From IMG/VR virus record IMGVR_UViG_3300025684_000011: a DNA stretch of 64,000 nucleotides. One strand, given 5' to 3'. Positions 39,926 through 48,502 of this stretch are shown piece after piece. A model generated the notes under the pieces. The model did no database searches, was not told the origin of the DNA, and saw nothing but the letters and a program-made list of their open reading frames with translations. Origin of the DNA: a virus. The number at the start of each line of letters is the position of its first letter. Position 1 is the first letter of the stretch. The translations under genes and the position numbers were made by a program.

Positions 39926-40954
39926 ATGGCAACTTTAGCAGAAATACGAGCTCGTCTAACCGAGCAAGCCGCAAAATCGGGCGGTTCAACTCAATCCGGT
40001 GATAACGGGCTTTTCGCCCATTGGAACATTCCAGAAGGAACATCCGCAGTAATTCGCTTTCTACCAGACGGCGACGAATCCAATACATTCTTTTGGAGAG
40101 AACGTTTAATGATGCGTTTTGAATTTCCAGGCATTAAAGGCCAGGATGAAAATCGCAAATGCATTGTTCAAGTACCTTGTGTAGATATGTGGGGAGAGTC
40201 ATGTCCAATTCATGCTCAATTACGTCCTTGGTTTAATGATCCAAGCATGGAGCAATTGGCTAGGAAATATTGGAAGAAACGTAGTTACGTTTTTCAAGGA
40301 CTTATCGTATCTAGTCCAATGGATGAAGAAAATGTTCCAGATAATCCAGTTCGTAGAATGATTATTAGCCCTCAGATTTTTACAATCATTAAGAGTGCAT
40401 TAATGGACGTTGAGATGGAAGAGATCCCAACTGATTACGAACGTGGTACAGACTTCCGTATCAATAAAACCCAAAAAGGTGGTTATGCTGATTATAGTAC
40501 CTCATCTTGGGCTCGAAAGGAACGTAGTTTAAACGAGGAAGAACTAGAAGCAGTTTCTAAGCATGGACTGTTTAACTTAGATCAGTTTATGCCTAAACGT
40601 CCTGGTAAGGAAGAAGTTGATATTCAACTAGAAATGTTTGAAGCGTCAGTAGACGGGAAATTGTATGATCCAGAACGTTGGGGCAATTACTATCGCCCTA
40701 ATGGAGCAACCTTTGCTACTTCTGCTTCAGCAACTAATCCAGCTCCGGCTACTCCAGTAGCACCTGCACCCGCAACTCCAGTAGCAGAAGCGGCACCAGT
40801 AGCAACTCCGGCAGTAGCACCTGCACCAAGCACTCCAGCAGAAGCACCAGATGGAAATCCATCTCCTGTTGATGCTCCTGCTACAGGTGAAAAGAAACCT
40901 AGTGTGGATGATATTTTAAGTATGATTCGCAACAGGGAAACTACAGGTCAATAG
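39926..40954 (+). CDS. Single-stranded DNA-binding protein (T4 gp32-like)
   Basis: AVIRFLPDG, C...WGE.CPI, YWKKRSY, G.DF.I.K..KGGYADY..S motifs; Pro/Ala-rich linker. Confidence 0.9.
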   Translation: MATLAEIRARLTEQAAKSGGSTQSGDNGLFAHWNIPEGTSAVIRFLPDGDESNTFFWRERLMMRFEFPGIKGQDENRKCIVQVPCVDMWGESCPIHAQLRPWFNDPSMEQLARKYWKKRSYVFQGLIVSSPMDEENVPDNPVRRMIISPQIFTIIKSALMDVEMEEIPTDYERGTDFRINKTQKGGYADYSTSSWARKERSLNEEELEAVSKHGLFNLDQFMPKRPGKEEVDIQLEMFEASVDGKLYDPERWGNYYRPNGATFATSASATNPAPATPVAPAPATPVAEAAPVATPAVAPAPSTPAEAPDGNPSPVDAPATGEKKPSVDDILSMIRNRETTGQ

Positions 40955-40961
40955 TAATATA

Positions 40962-40985
40962 AGGGTGGCAAGCGATTGTCACCCT
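40962..40985 (+). terminator. Intergenic hairpin (GNRA loop) between ssb and uvsX; weak terminator or mRNA stabiliser
   Basis: AGGGTGGCAA-GCGA-TTGTCACCCT with no clear U-tract. Confidence 0.55.
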
Positions 40986-41007
40986 GATTACACATTAAGG
41001 AGTAAAT

Positions 41008-42126
41008 ATGACAAATAGAGCATTTGACGTTTCCAAGTTTCGTAAAAACTTAACAAAAGCCGTGCCTGGTATGAGTACCGGTTTTAATGATCCAAGAGAT
41101 TGGATTAGTACAGGCAACTACTGTTTAAACTATCTTATGTCGGGTGATTTTACAAGGGCAGTACCCCTTGGTAAAGTAACAATGTTTGCAGGAGAGTCAG
41201 GAGCAGGTAAATCTTTTATTGCTTCCGGTAATCTTGTAAAGAATGCCCAAGCACAAGATATTTTACCAGTTATCTTAGATACTGAGAACGCATTAGACGA
41301 GGAGTGGCTAAAAGCATTAGGCATTGATACAGACCCAGAGAAGTTAATGAGGTTTGGAGTTTCAATGGTTGATGAGGTTGCTAAATTTATCTCTGAGTTT
41401 ATGAAAGCATATAAAGACGAGTATGGAGATCTTCCATATGAGGAACAGAAGAAGATCATGTTTGTAGTTGATAGTGTTGGTATGCTATTAACACCTACTG
41501 ATATTAATCAGTTCGATGGAGGAGATCTAAAAGGCGACATGGGTCGTAAAGCAAAAGCACTTACGGCATTGATTAAAAATACTGTAAACCGTATTGCTCC
41601 GCACCCTGTGGGTTTGGTAGTTACTAATCATACCTATGCAAGTCAAGATATGTTTGATCCGGACGATAAAATTACTGGTGGTGCAGGATTTGTCTATGCA
41701 AGTTCTATGGTTGTAGCAATGAAGAAGCTAAAACTTAAGGTAGATGCAGATGGCAACAAAACATCACAAGTACATGGTATCAGAGCCGCATGTAAAATTA
41801 TGAAAACAAGATATTCTAAACCTTTTGAAAGTGTACAAGTAGAAATACCGTACACAACTGGTATGAATCCATATAGTGGACTTGTTGAATTATTTGAAGC
41901 ACGTGGTTTTCTTAAGAAGGAAGGTAACAAATTAGCATACACTATGTTAAATGGTGATATTATTAAGGAGTTCCGTAAGCAATATACCGGAGAAGTACTA
42001 GATAAGATAATGCAAGACGTTATCTCTCGTGGACAAGAACTAGCATATAGTGGTACCGAGGAAGATATTATTGATCCTGACACAGGTGAGGTACTAGAAG
42101 AAGCCAAAGCAGTAGCAGTAGAGTAG
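41008..42126 (+). CDS. uvsX: RecA-like recombinase UvsX
   Basis: ISTG...LN...SG, GESGAGKS Walker A, DTENA, VVDSVG Walker B, GDMGRKAK, NHTY, TGG.G..YASS. Confidence 0.93.
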   Translation: MTNRAFDVSKFRKNLTKAVPGMSTGFNDPRDWISTGNYCLNYLMSGDFTRAVPLGKVTMFAGESGAGKSFIASGNLVKNAQAQDILPVILDTENALDEEWLKALGIDTDPEKLMRFGVSMVDEVAKFISEFMKAYKDEYGDLPYEEQKKIMFVVDSVGMLLTPTDINQFDGGDLKGDMGRKAKALTALIKNTVNRIAPHPVGLVVTNHTYASQDMFDPDDKITGGAGFVYASSMVVAMKKLKLKVDADGNKTSQVHGIRAACKIMKTRYSKPFESVQVEIPYTTGMNPYSGLVELFEARGFLKKEGNKLAYTMLNGDIIKEFRKQYTGEVLDKIMQDVISRGQELAYSGTEEDIIDPDTGEVLEEAKAVAVE

Positions 42127-42129
42127 AAA

Positions 42130-42558
42130 ATGAAGGATTTGATGAAAAGAATAGGTCGTTATAGACTTATTTTAGATAGAAATAGTAACGAACCTTACCT
42201 AGAAAGATACTATCTATTCTTAAAGGATCGTGTAAACTTTCCTTTTAACATCTTCCTTCATAAGTTTCTTAGAAGTGACCCGGATGATTTACACGATCAT
42301 CCGTGGTCATACTTCACTCTTATTCTTAGAGGCGGATATTGGGAGCATACGTTAGACGGAAAGTACTGGCGAGGACCAGGACACTTTAGAGTATGCAAGG
42401 CAAATAGCTATCATAGAATTGAAATAGATCCTAATGTTGATGTATGGACATTGTTTATGCCATTTAAGCAAAAACGAGAATGGGGATTTTTAGAAAAAGG
42501 TAAGAACTGGGTGCATCACAAGACATACTTGGATAAACTTGCTAAAAAAATTAACTAA
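42130..42558 (+). CDS. Cupin-fold (His-ligand) protein
   Basis: LH.F...D...LHDHPW....IL.GGY.E and HRI motifs. Confidence 0.7.
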   Translation: MKDLMKRIGRYRLILDRNSNEPYLERYYLFLKDRVNFPFNIFLHKFLRSDPDDLHDHPWSYFTLILRGGYWEHTLDGKYWRGPGHFRVCKANSYHRIEIDPNVDVWTLFMPFKQKREWGFLEKGKNWVHHKTYLDKLAKKIN

Positions 42559-42599
42559 GTATAGCGACTTGGTACCAAGTTTATTATGGAGAAAAAAAT

Positions 42600-42830
42600 A
42601 TGAGTGATAATTCAGGAGAAATGTTAGCAGAAATATGGGTAGCATTAAAACCTTACCTTGATAAAAAAGATAGACCAGATGCCGCACAGGCATTTGTACG
42701 AGTTTCAGAAGAGTATATTAACCTAGAAATTCATAGAGAAGAACTAAACGAAGCAGGAACAGAAATTAATCATGCATTAAATGAATTACTAGGCGAAGAT
42801 GATGAGGATTTTGAAGAAGAGGACTACTAA
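42600..42830 (+). CDS. Small acidic hypothetical protein
   Basis: 76 aa, SD GGAG, acidic tail; abuts uvsY. Confidence 0.7.
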   Translation: MSDNSGEMLAEIWVALKPYLDKKDRPDAAQAFVRVSEEYINLEIHREELNEAGTEINHALNELLGEDDEDFEEEDY

Positions 42831-43292
42831 ATGAGTACATGGTATAGAAAAGTTCAGTCAGATATCACACATTTACCAAATTGCATAGGGCATTTTGAGA
42901 ATGAGATAGCTGAAGCCCGTAAAGAGCTAAAAATGAACGGAAGTCTCGAAAAAGCAAGTAGGGAAATGCCAGGACAGGTAGAATGGAGGTTTAATCAGCT
43001 ACAAGAAATTGAAGCAATTCTCGAACATTTGAATATTGAGCTTAGAAAAGTACGATCTGCTAAATTTAGGCAGTTTACAGAGCATTACAACCGTACATTA
43101 AGCAGTCGAGACGCAGAAAAGTACACAGATGGGGAGCCAGAAGTAGCACAGATGGAGAATCTCATCAATGAATTTGCATTGTTGAGGAATAAGTTCATAG
43201 GACTTACAAAAGCCTTAGATGCAAAGTCGTTTCAGATCAATAATATTACTAAATTACGGGTTGCTGGACTAGAAGACGTAGAATTACGTTAA
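42831..43292 (+). CDS. uvsY: Recombination mediator UvsY-like
   Basis: Helical 153 aa protein, Y...LS..DA.KY.DGE and K.FQI.NI.KLR.AG motifs; near uvsX and uvsW. Confidence 0.75.
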   Translation: MSTWYRKVQSDITHLPNCIGHFENEIAEARKELKMNGSLEKASREMPGQVEWRFNQLQEIEAILEHLNIELRKVRSAKFRQFTEHYNRTLSSRDAEKYTDGEPEVAQMENLINEFALLRNKFIGLTKALDAKSFQINNITKLRVAGLEDVELR

Positions 43293-43348
43293 GTCGTTGA
43301 TTTATAACAGAAATCTTTTTTTCAAAATCGTTTAAAATCAACAACTTA
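43290..43348. promoter_or_regulatory. Inverted pair of IHF-consensus sites
   Basis: TAAGTCGTTGATTT (43290-43303) and AAATCAACAACTTA (43335-43348); both match WATCAANNNNTTR. Confidence 0.6.
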
Positions 43349-43364
43349 GCGGACCAGAAAAAGG

Positions 43365-43393
43365 TTGCTCTTTAGACGTTTATATCTTATACT
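43365..43393 (+). promoter_or_regulatory. Sigma70-type promoter
   Basis: TTGCTC-17nt-TATACT. Confidence 0.6.
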
Positions 43394-43400
43394 GTATATA

Positions 43401-43559
43401 ATGAGGAAACAGCAACAAAAGGTCATGCAAATGGAAGAAGCAATGAAAGCTAATATCGCACATTATAAAAGTTTAGGCGATAAGGTTGCTGAGCAGAATT
43501 GCCGTAATTTTTTGAAATTATATCAAAAAAACTTACAAAAAAAGCAAAATAATGGTTGA
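43401..43559 (+). CDS. Small early protein (start could be 43401, 43425 or 43431)
   Basis: Short basic ORF between two sigma70 promoters. Confidence 0.45.
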   Translation: MRKQQQKVMQMEEAMKANIAHYKSLGDKVAEQNCRNFLKLYQKNLQKKQNNG

Positions 43560-43584
43560 CTTATGGTCCAACTGGTGCTATACT
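43556..43584 (+). promoter_or_regulatory. Sigma70-type promoter (extended -10)
   Basis: TTGACT-17nt(ending TGC)-TATACT. Confidence 0.8.
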
Positions 43585-43628
43585 GTAAGTACAATAAGAG
43601 TTCAACCACGCGAAACGAAGGAAAATTA

Positions 43629-44660
43629 ATGTCAGCTTTTATAAAAATTACAAATGGTAAGTATCGCACTTTTACAGTACATAACAAGGTACTGCAATTG
43701 GTAGCAGATTACAACGAAAAAGGCGGTTATGTAACTGTCGTTGCAGATGACTCCTTTGGTGAGTTTGCAGATAAACAAATCCGTGTTAAAGTTAAAAGCA
43801 TGGAAGATATTACTCCTGCTAATGCTGGTGAAGCATTTAACAAGGATGATACTCCTATTAAAGAAGTACATGATGCAGAATATGATGCAAAACGTTTAGA
43901 AGAAATTGCAGAACGTTTTGAGATTCTAGAAGATATGACTGATGCCGCTATTGAAGGTACAGTTCGTGCAATGATTGTTGTAGGACCTCCAGGTGTTGGT
44001 AAGTCTTTTGGTGTTGAACGTACTCTTGAAAAAGCGGCTATGTTTGATAAAATTGCAAATATGGCTCCTCGTTTTGAGGTTGTTAAAGGTGCAATGAGTC
44101 CGATTGGTTTGTATTGTAAATTGTATCAATATTCAAATGCTGGTAATGTGCTAGTATTTGATGACTGTGATAGTGTTTTGATGGATGACTTATCCTTGAA
44201 CATTCTTAAAGCGGCTTTGGATAGTTCTAAAAAACGTATTATTTGTTGGAATACAGATTCTTCAATGTTACGTCGTGAAGGTGTTCCGGATCGTTTTGAA
44301 TTTAAAGGTAGTGCTATCTTTATTACTAACATTAAATTTGATAATGTACGAAGTGCAAAACTTAAAGATCACCTTAGTGCTCTTGAGTCACGTTGTCACT
44401 ATTTGGATCTTACACTTGATTCAGCATATGACAAGATGCTTCGTATCAAGCAAATAATGAGAGATGGTATGCTTAACTCATACAACTTCTCAGAAGAAGA
44501 AAACAAAATCATTTATGATTATGTTGAATCTAACCAGGACAGGCTCCGTGAGCTTTCACTTCGTACAGTGATTAAGGTTGCAGACCTTTGCAAGATGACT
44601 GGTATAGATGGTAAATGGAAAAGGCTTGCAGAAACCACAGTAATGAAACGAAGCTTCTAA
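43629..44660 (+). CDS. AAA+ family ATPase with a small N-terminal beta domain
   Basis: GPPGVGKS Walker A, VLVFDDCD Walker B, ITN sensor, ALESR arginine finger; start set to ATG 43629 (SD AAGGA). Confidence 0.85.
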   Translation: MSAFIKITNGKYRTFTVHNKVLQLVADYNEKGGYVTVVADDSFGEFADKQIRVKVKSMEDITPANAGEAFNKDDTPIKEVHDAEYDAKRLEEIAERFEILEDMTDAAIEGTVRAMIVVGPPGVGKSFGVERTLEKAAMFDKIANMAPRFEVVKGAMSPIGLYCKLYQYSNAGNVLVFDDCDSVLMDDLSLNILKAALDSSKKRIICWNTDSSMLRREGVPDRFEFKGSAIFITNIKFDNVRSAKLKDHLSALESRCHYLDLTLDSAYDKMLRIKQIMRDGMLNSYNFSEEENKIIYDYVESNQDRLRELSLRTVIKVADLCKMTGIDGKWKRLAETTVMKRSF

Positions 44661-44671
44661 AGGAGGTATAA

Positions 44672-45109
44672 ATGTTTAAGAAATCACTTTTAACTATTGC
44701 AACTCTAGCCCTTGTAAGTACAGGCGCTAGTGCGGCAGAGAATATGGAGGTAAAGTACAAGGATAAGGTTTGGAAAACTGTAGTCTCTACTGATTCGATG
44801 TCCGATTCTTCTTATTGTAAAGTTACCTCGGTTAAGCGAAAACATATTACTGCAAATCCTAGTATGGTTTATGTTAACACAAAAACTAATGGAATTGTAA
44901 GTTATCAGATACGTTTAGATAGTAATCCAGCACTACCAAAGCAGACTTCTACGGTGCTAGAACGTGATACTGGATTTATTATGATCCCGTCTACCACTTA
45001 TATTGGTAAGAGTAGAATGAGGATTGTAGGTACTTCGGTTAAAGGTAAGTCTATATTCGAAGATGTAGATTTGCAGTCATTGAATATGGCAACAAAGGCT
45101 TGCCTATAA
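44672..45109 (+). CDS. Secreted/periplasmic protein
   Basis: Sec signal peptide MFKKSLLTIATLALVSTGASA; SD AAGGAGG; two Cys. Confidence 0.75.
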   Translation: MFKKSLLTIATLALVSTGASAAENMEVKYKDKVWKTVVSTDSMSDSSYCKVTSVKRKHITANPSMVYVNTKTNGIVSYQIRLDSNPALPKQTSTVLERDTGFIMIPSTTYIGKSRMRIVGTSVKGKSIFEDVDLQSLNMATKACL

Positions 45110-45148
45110 AGAATATAGGTGTTGACATTCGCGTGGTGGCACCTATTA

Positions 45149-45176
45149 GTACCCTCCTTCGGGAGGGTACCTTTTT
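45149..45176 (+). terminator. Rho-independent terminator with cUUCGg tetraloop
   Basis: GTACCCTCC-TTCG-GGAGGGTAC-CTTTTT. Confidence 0.92.
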
Positions 45177-45195
45177 AATTCGGTAAACAAGAACA

Positions 45196-45224
45196 TTGAC
45201 TTTTAAGTCGTTTGAAAGTATACT
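45196..45224 (+). promoter_or_regulatory. Sigma70-type promoter; uvsW ATG at predicted +1
   Basis: TTGACT-17nt-TATACT-6nt-ATG. Confidence 0.8.
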
Positions 45225-45230
45225 ATTAAT

Positions 45231-46685
45231 ATGTCAGGAATATGTACATTAGAAATAAGAGATGAGGTAAACGTTCGTTTTCACGAGCTATCGCCGAGTA
45301 CTCGACGATCGTGTGAAGCAAAATTAAAATATATGTTGCCTTATGCATATCATGTACCAGCCTACAGGCTAGGAAGATGGGATGGTAAGATTGGATTTTT
45401 TACAGCCGCTGGATCAACGTATTTGAATTTGCTTGATCGAGTTTTACCTATATTAGATAACGAAGGCTGGAGTGTTGAGCTTGTTGATAACAGAATTAAA
45501 CATAGTTTCGAGTTTGAGCAAGTTACCGAAGACACTTTTTCTGGCATTACTTGGCCTAAAGGACATGTTGCAGAAGGACAATCTATTAAACTTAGAGATT
45601 ACCAGATAGAATGTATTAATAGGTTCCTTGCTAACCCGCATGGTGTACAAGAAATAGCAACAGGTGCAGGTAAGACATTAATGACAGCCGCATTGAGCTT
45701 AATGTGCGAGCCTTACGGTAGAACGTTGGTAATTGTACCTAACAAAGATTTAGTTAAGCAGACTCAAGAAGATTATATTAATTTAGGTTTAGATGTTGGT
45801 GTATTTTTTGGTGATGAAAAGGATGCAAATCATAAACATGTTATTGCTACATGGCAAAGCATAAATTCTTTAATTAAAAGATATAAAGATGGTAAGAGTA
45901 ATGTTAGTATTGATATCTTAACAGATGATTTAATTTGTGTTATGGTAGACGAAGTACACATGGCAAAAGCAGATGTACTTCGTACAATGCTAACAGGTCC
46001 TTTTGCAAATATTCCTATTAGGTGGGGTTTAACAGGTACAATACCTAAAGAAGAACACGAATATATTAGTTTAATTTGTAGCCTAGGTGGAGTATTACAT
46101 AGGCTACAGGCAAGCGAACTACAAGATAAAGGTGTTCTGTCAAATTGCAATGTTAAGATATTGCAATATCAAGATAGTGTTGAATATAATAACTATCAAG
46201 AAGAACTGTCGTTTCTTACTACTAACAAGGAACGTATGACAGAGATAGCAAAGAAGATGGATACGATTAGTGATACAGGAAATACGTTGATATTAGTAGA
46301 TCGGATTAAAACAGGTCAGATGCTAGAAGAAATGCTACCTGATTGTGTATTTGTATCTGGATCAATGAAAAGTAAAGATCGTAAAGCAGAATATAATGAA
46401 GTGCAGACACTAGACAATAAGATTATTGTTGCAACATACGGAGTTGCAAGTGTAGGCATTAATATACCTCGTATTTTTAACCTAGTATTAGTAGAACCGG
46501 GTAAGAGCTTTGTAAGAACTATTCAAAGTATAGGTAGAGGTATAAGAAAAGCAGAAGACAAGGACTTTGTACAGATATGGGATATTACTAGCAATGCAAA
46601 GTTCTCAAAAAGGCATCTAGGAAAACGAAAGAAGTTTTACGACGAAGCAAATTACCCACACGAAACACAGAAGGTAAAATATTAA
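45231..46685 (+). CDS. uvsW: SF2 DNA helicase UvsW
   Basis: LRDYQ, ATGAGKT, DEVH, GLTGT, GINIP.I and QSIGRG.R motifs. Confidence 0.92.
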   Translation: MSGICTLEIRDEVNVRFHELSPSTRRSCEAKLKYMLPYAYHVPAYRLGRWDGKIGFFTAAGSTYLNLLDRVLPILDNEGWSVELVDNRIKHSFEFEQVTEDTFSGITWPKGHVAEGQSIKLRDYQIECINRFLANPHGVQEIATGAGKTLMTAALSLMCEPYGRTLVIVPNKDLVKQTQEDYINLGLDVGVFFGDEKDANHKHVIATWQSINSLIKRYKDGKSNVSIDILTDDLICVMVDEVHMAKADVLRTMLTGPFANIPIRWGLTGTIPKEEHEYISLICSLGGVLHRLQASELQDKGVLSNCNVKILQYQDSVEYNNYQEELSFLTTNKERMTEIAKKMDTISDTGNTLILVDRIKTGQMLEEMLPDCVFVSGSMKSKDRKAEYNEVQTLDNKIIVATYGVASVGINIPRIFNLVLVEPGKSFVRTIQSIGRGIRKAEDKDFVQIWDITSNAKFSKRHLGKRKKFYDEANYPHETQKVKY

Positions 46686-47191
46686 TGAACATTTTAACAG
46701 TAGACAATGAAACATATGATTTAGATAGACTTCCAACTGAAGTAGACGGAGATTTAAGGTATAGTGTATTAGATTATAGCAATGCCCAGGATGTAGACTA
46801 TCTCTTTATACCTTTGGTATTCTTAGAAAGTTTTTCTTGCCCAGCCGCCGTGCTAAGGATTGGAGAAGCTGAAATTAAAATGCCATTAGACTGGAGTCTA
46901 ATTATAGGAGAACCAGATCACGGAGAACCTGAGATTGTAAATATAATGAGTTTGAATGACAGAGGCTTTAATGCATTTGAGTTTAATCCAGTAACTGGGT
47001 ATAAGGCAAATTGGGTTCCGGTAGAAATTGTAAATGTATACCAAGAAGTAAAATGGTATGTTCCTAAATTAAAGTTTGGTCATATTTTGACTGTACCATT
47101 GAACTCTGGTAAAGGATCTCCTTGTACATTTTTTCTCAAAGAGTCAACAAAGGTTCCTGAAGTACTTGACCTTAACAAGATTTGGTTTTAA
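46685..47191 (+). CDS. Hypothetical beta-rich protein
   Basis: 168 aa ORF coupled (TAATG) to uvsW. Confidence 0.75.
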   Translation: MNILTVDNETYDLDRLPTEVDGDLRYSVLDYSNAQDVDYLFIPLVFLESFSCPAAVLRIGEAEIKMPLDWSLIIGEPDHGEPEIVNIMSLNDRGFNAFEFNPVTGYKANWVPVEIVNVYQEVKWYVPKLKFGHILTVPLNSGKGSPCTFFLKESTKVPEVLDLNKIWF

Positions 47192-47199
47192 ATAGTATT

Positions 47200-47685
47200 A
47201 TGCCAGCAAAGAAAAAAGCATCAGCAGTACATAAAGTTAATATACATGAGATAATGAATGCAATTGATTATCGTAATGGCAATTATTATACTGACTTAGA
47301 TGATGAAAGTAAGAAGTCTGTTAGTACATATATGGCACAACGTTGGGCGAGCCAGGTACAAGGATCGCAAGAAATACAGGAACATTACTTGCTAATGGTT
47401 AACGATTTAAGCAATATTGATTATATTGCAACTACTAGCGGACATGAAGAATTACGTTATAGAGTTTTAGCATTAATTGGATTAGGACAAAAACTAAGGC
47501 ATGAATTTGTTCCGCCTAAAGGAGCAAAAAAAGATAAACTCAGAGAATGGCTTTTAGAGTTATTGCCTCATTGTAATGATGACGAGGTAGAATTGTTTAG
47601 AGAAATTAACGACTCATCGGTTCTACAGGATATTGCAACGGCTAAAAACACGTCAGATAAAAAGTTAAAGGATTTGTTTAAATAA
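47200..47685 (+). CDS. Hypothetical protein, possibly clamp-loader small subunit (gp62-like)
   Basis: Size and Y..QRW.S..helical pattern loosely recall gp62-type subunits; replication context; function call is weak. Confidence 0.4.
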   Translation: MPAKKKASAVHKVNIHEIMNAIDYRNGNYYTDLDDESKKSVSTYMAQRWASQVQGSQEIQEHYLLMVNDLSNIDYIATTSGHEELRYRVLALIGLGQKLRHEFVPPKGAKKDKLREWLLELLPHCNDDEVELFREINDSSVLQDIATAKNTSDKKLKDLFK

Positions 47686-47687
47686 GC

Positions 47688-48359
47688 ATGGGAAACGAAT
47701 ATCAGTGTAAATACTGTATGAAGAAGTTTGCTAGGGAACGTACTCTATCAAGCCATATGTGTGAAAAGAAAAGAAGGTGGATGTCAATAGATGAACCTTC
47801 ATCTAGAATTGCTTTTCAAGTTTGGTACGACTTCATGAAGTATGTTGCTCCACAAACAAAGAAAGAAAGAAGCACAGACGATTTTATTCGTAGCCCAGAT
47901 TATATAGGTTTTGTAAAGTTTGCTAATTACATTATAGAACTTAGACCCAATGAAACAAATAAATTTATTAAATGGTTGTTTAAGCATAGTGTTAAACTTA
48001 GCAACTGGAATAAGAGAGAAACGTATTCTCTTTATATACAAGAAAGTAGTAAGACAGAAACGGTTGAACGAGCAGTAGAACGCATGGTGTTGTTAATGAA
48101 GTCATGGAGCGAAGAAACCGGAAATTCTTGGGAACAATACTTCCAGGAGGTACCAACAGCAACAGCCGTGAACTCGATAGTCATGGGAAGAATTAGTCCT
48201 TGGATCATATATTCGTCTAAGTCTGCACAAGATTTATTAGATAGAATGGAACCAGGACAATTAGAGACGATAACAGGGAGCATAGACACAGAATGGTGGA
48301 CAAGAAAAATCCAAAAGAGCCAGACGGAAGTGACTTGGTGCAACAAAATTCTAAATTAA
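47688..48359 (+). CDS. Protein with N-terminal C2HC/C2H2-type zinc finger
   Basis: YQCKYCMKKF..E.TL..HMC. Confidence 0.7.
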   Translation: MGNEYQCKYCMKKFARERTLSSHMCEKKRRWMSIDEPSSRIAFQVWYDFMKYVAPQTKKERSTDDFIRSPDYIGFVKFANYIIELRPNETNKFIKWLFKHSVKLSNWNKRETYSLYIQESSKTETVERAVERMVLLMKSWSEETGNSWEQYFQEVPTATAVNSIVMGRISPWIIYSSKSAQDLLDRMEPGQLETITGSIDTEWWTRKIQKSQTEVTWCNKILN

Positions 48360-48502
48360 AACAACATGTTGATAATTTAGAAAAATTAGAAAATAGAATT
48401 ATGCTTTTTGACGAAAAACTTACTATGTTGACACAAGAAATGATTGATATGAAGAACAGGCAAGAAGAACTAATACAGATTATTAAGCAGGGACTAAGAT
48501 GA
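48293..48502 (+). CDS. Small coiled-coil protein
   Basis: Heptad pattern; ATGA overlap with the mini-DnaE start. Confidence 0.55.
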   Translation: MVDKKNPKEPDGSDLVQQNSKLKQHVDNLEKLENRIMLFDEKLTMLTQEMIDMKNRQEELIQIIKQGLR

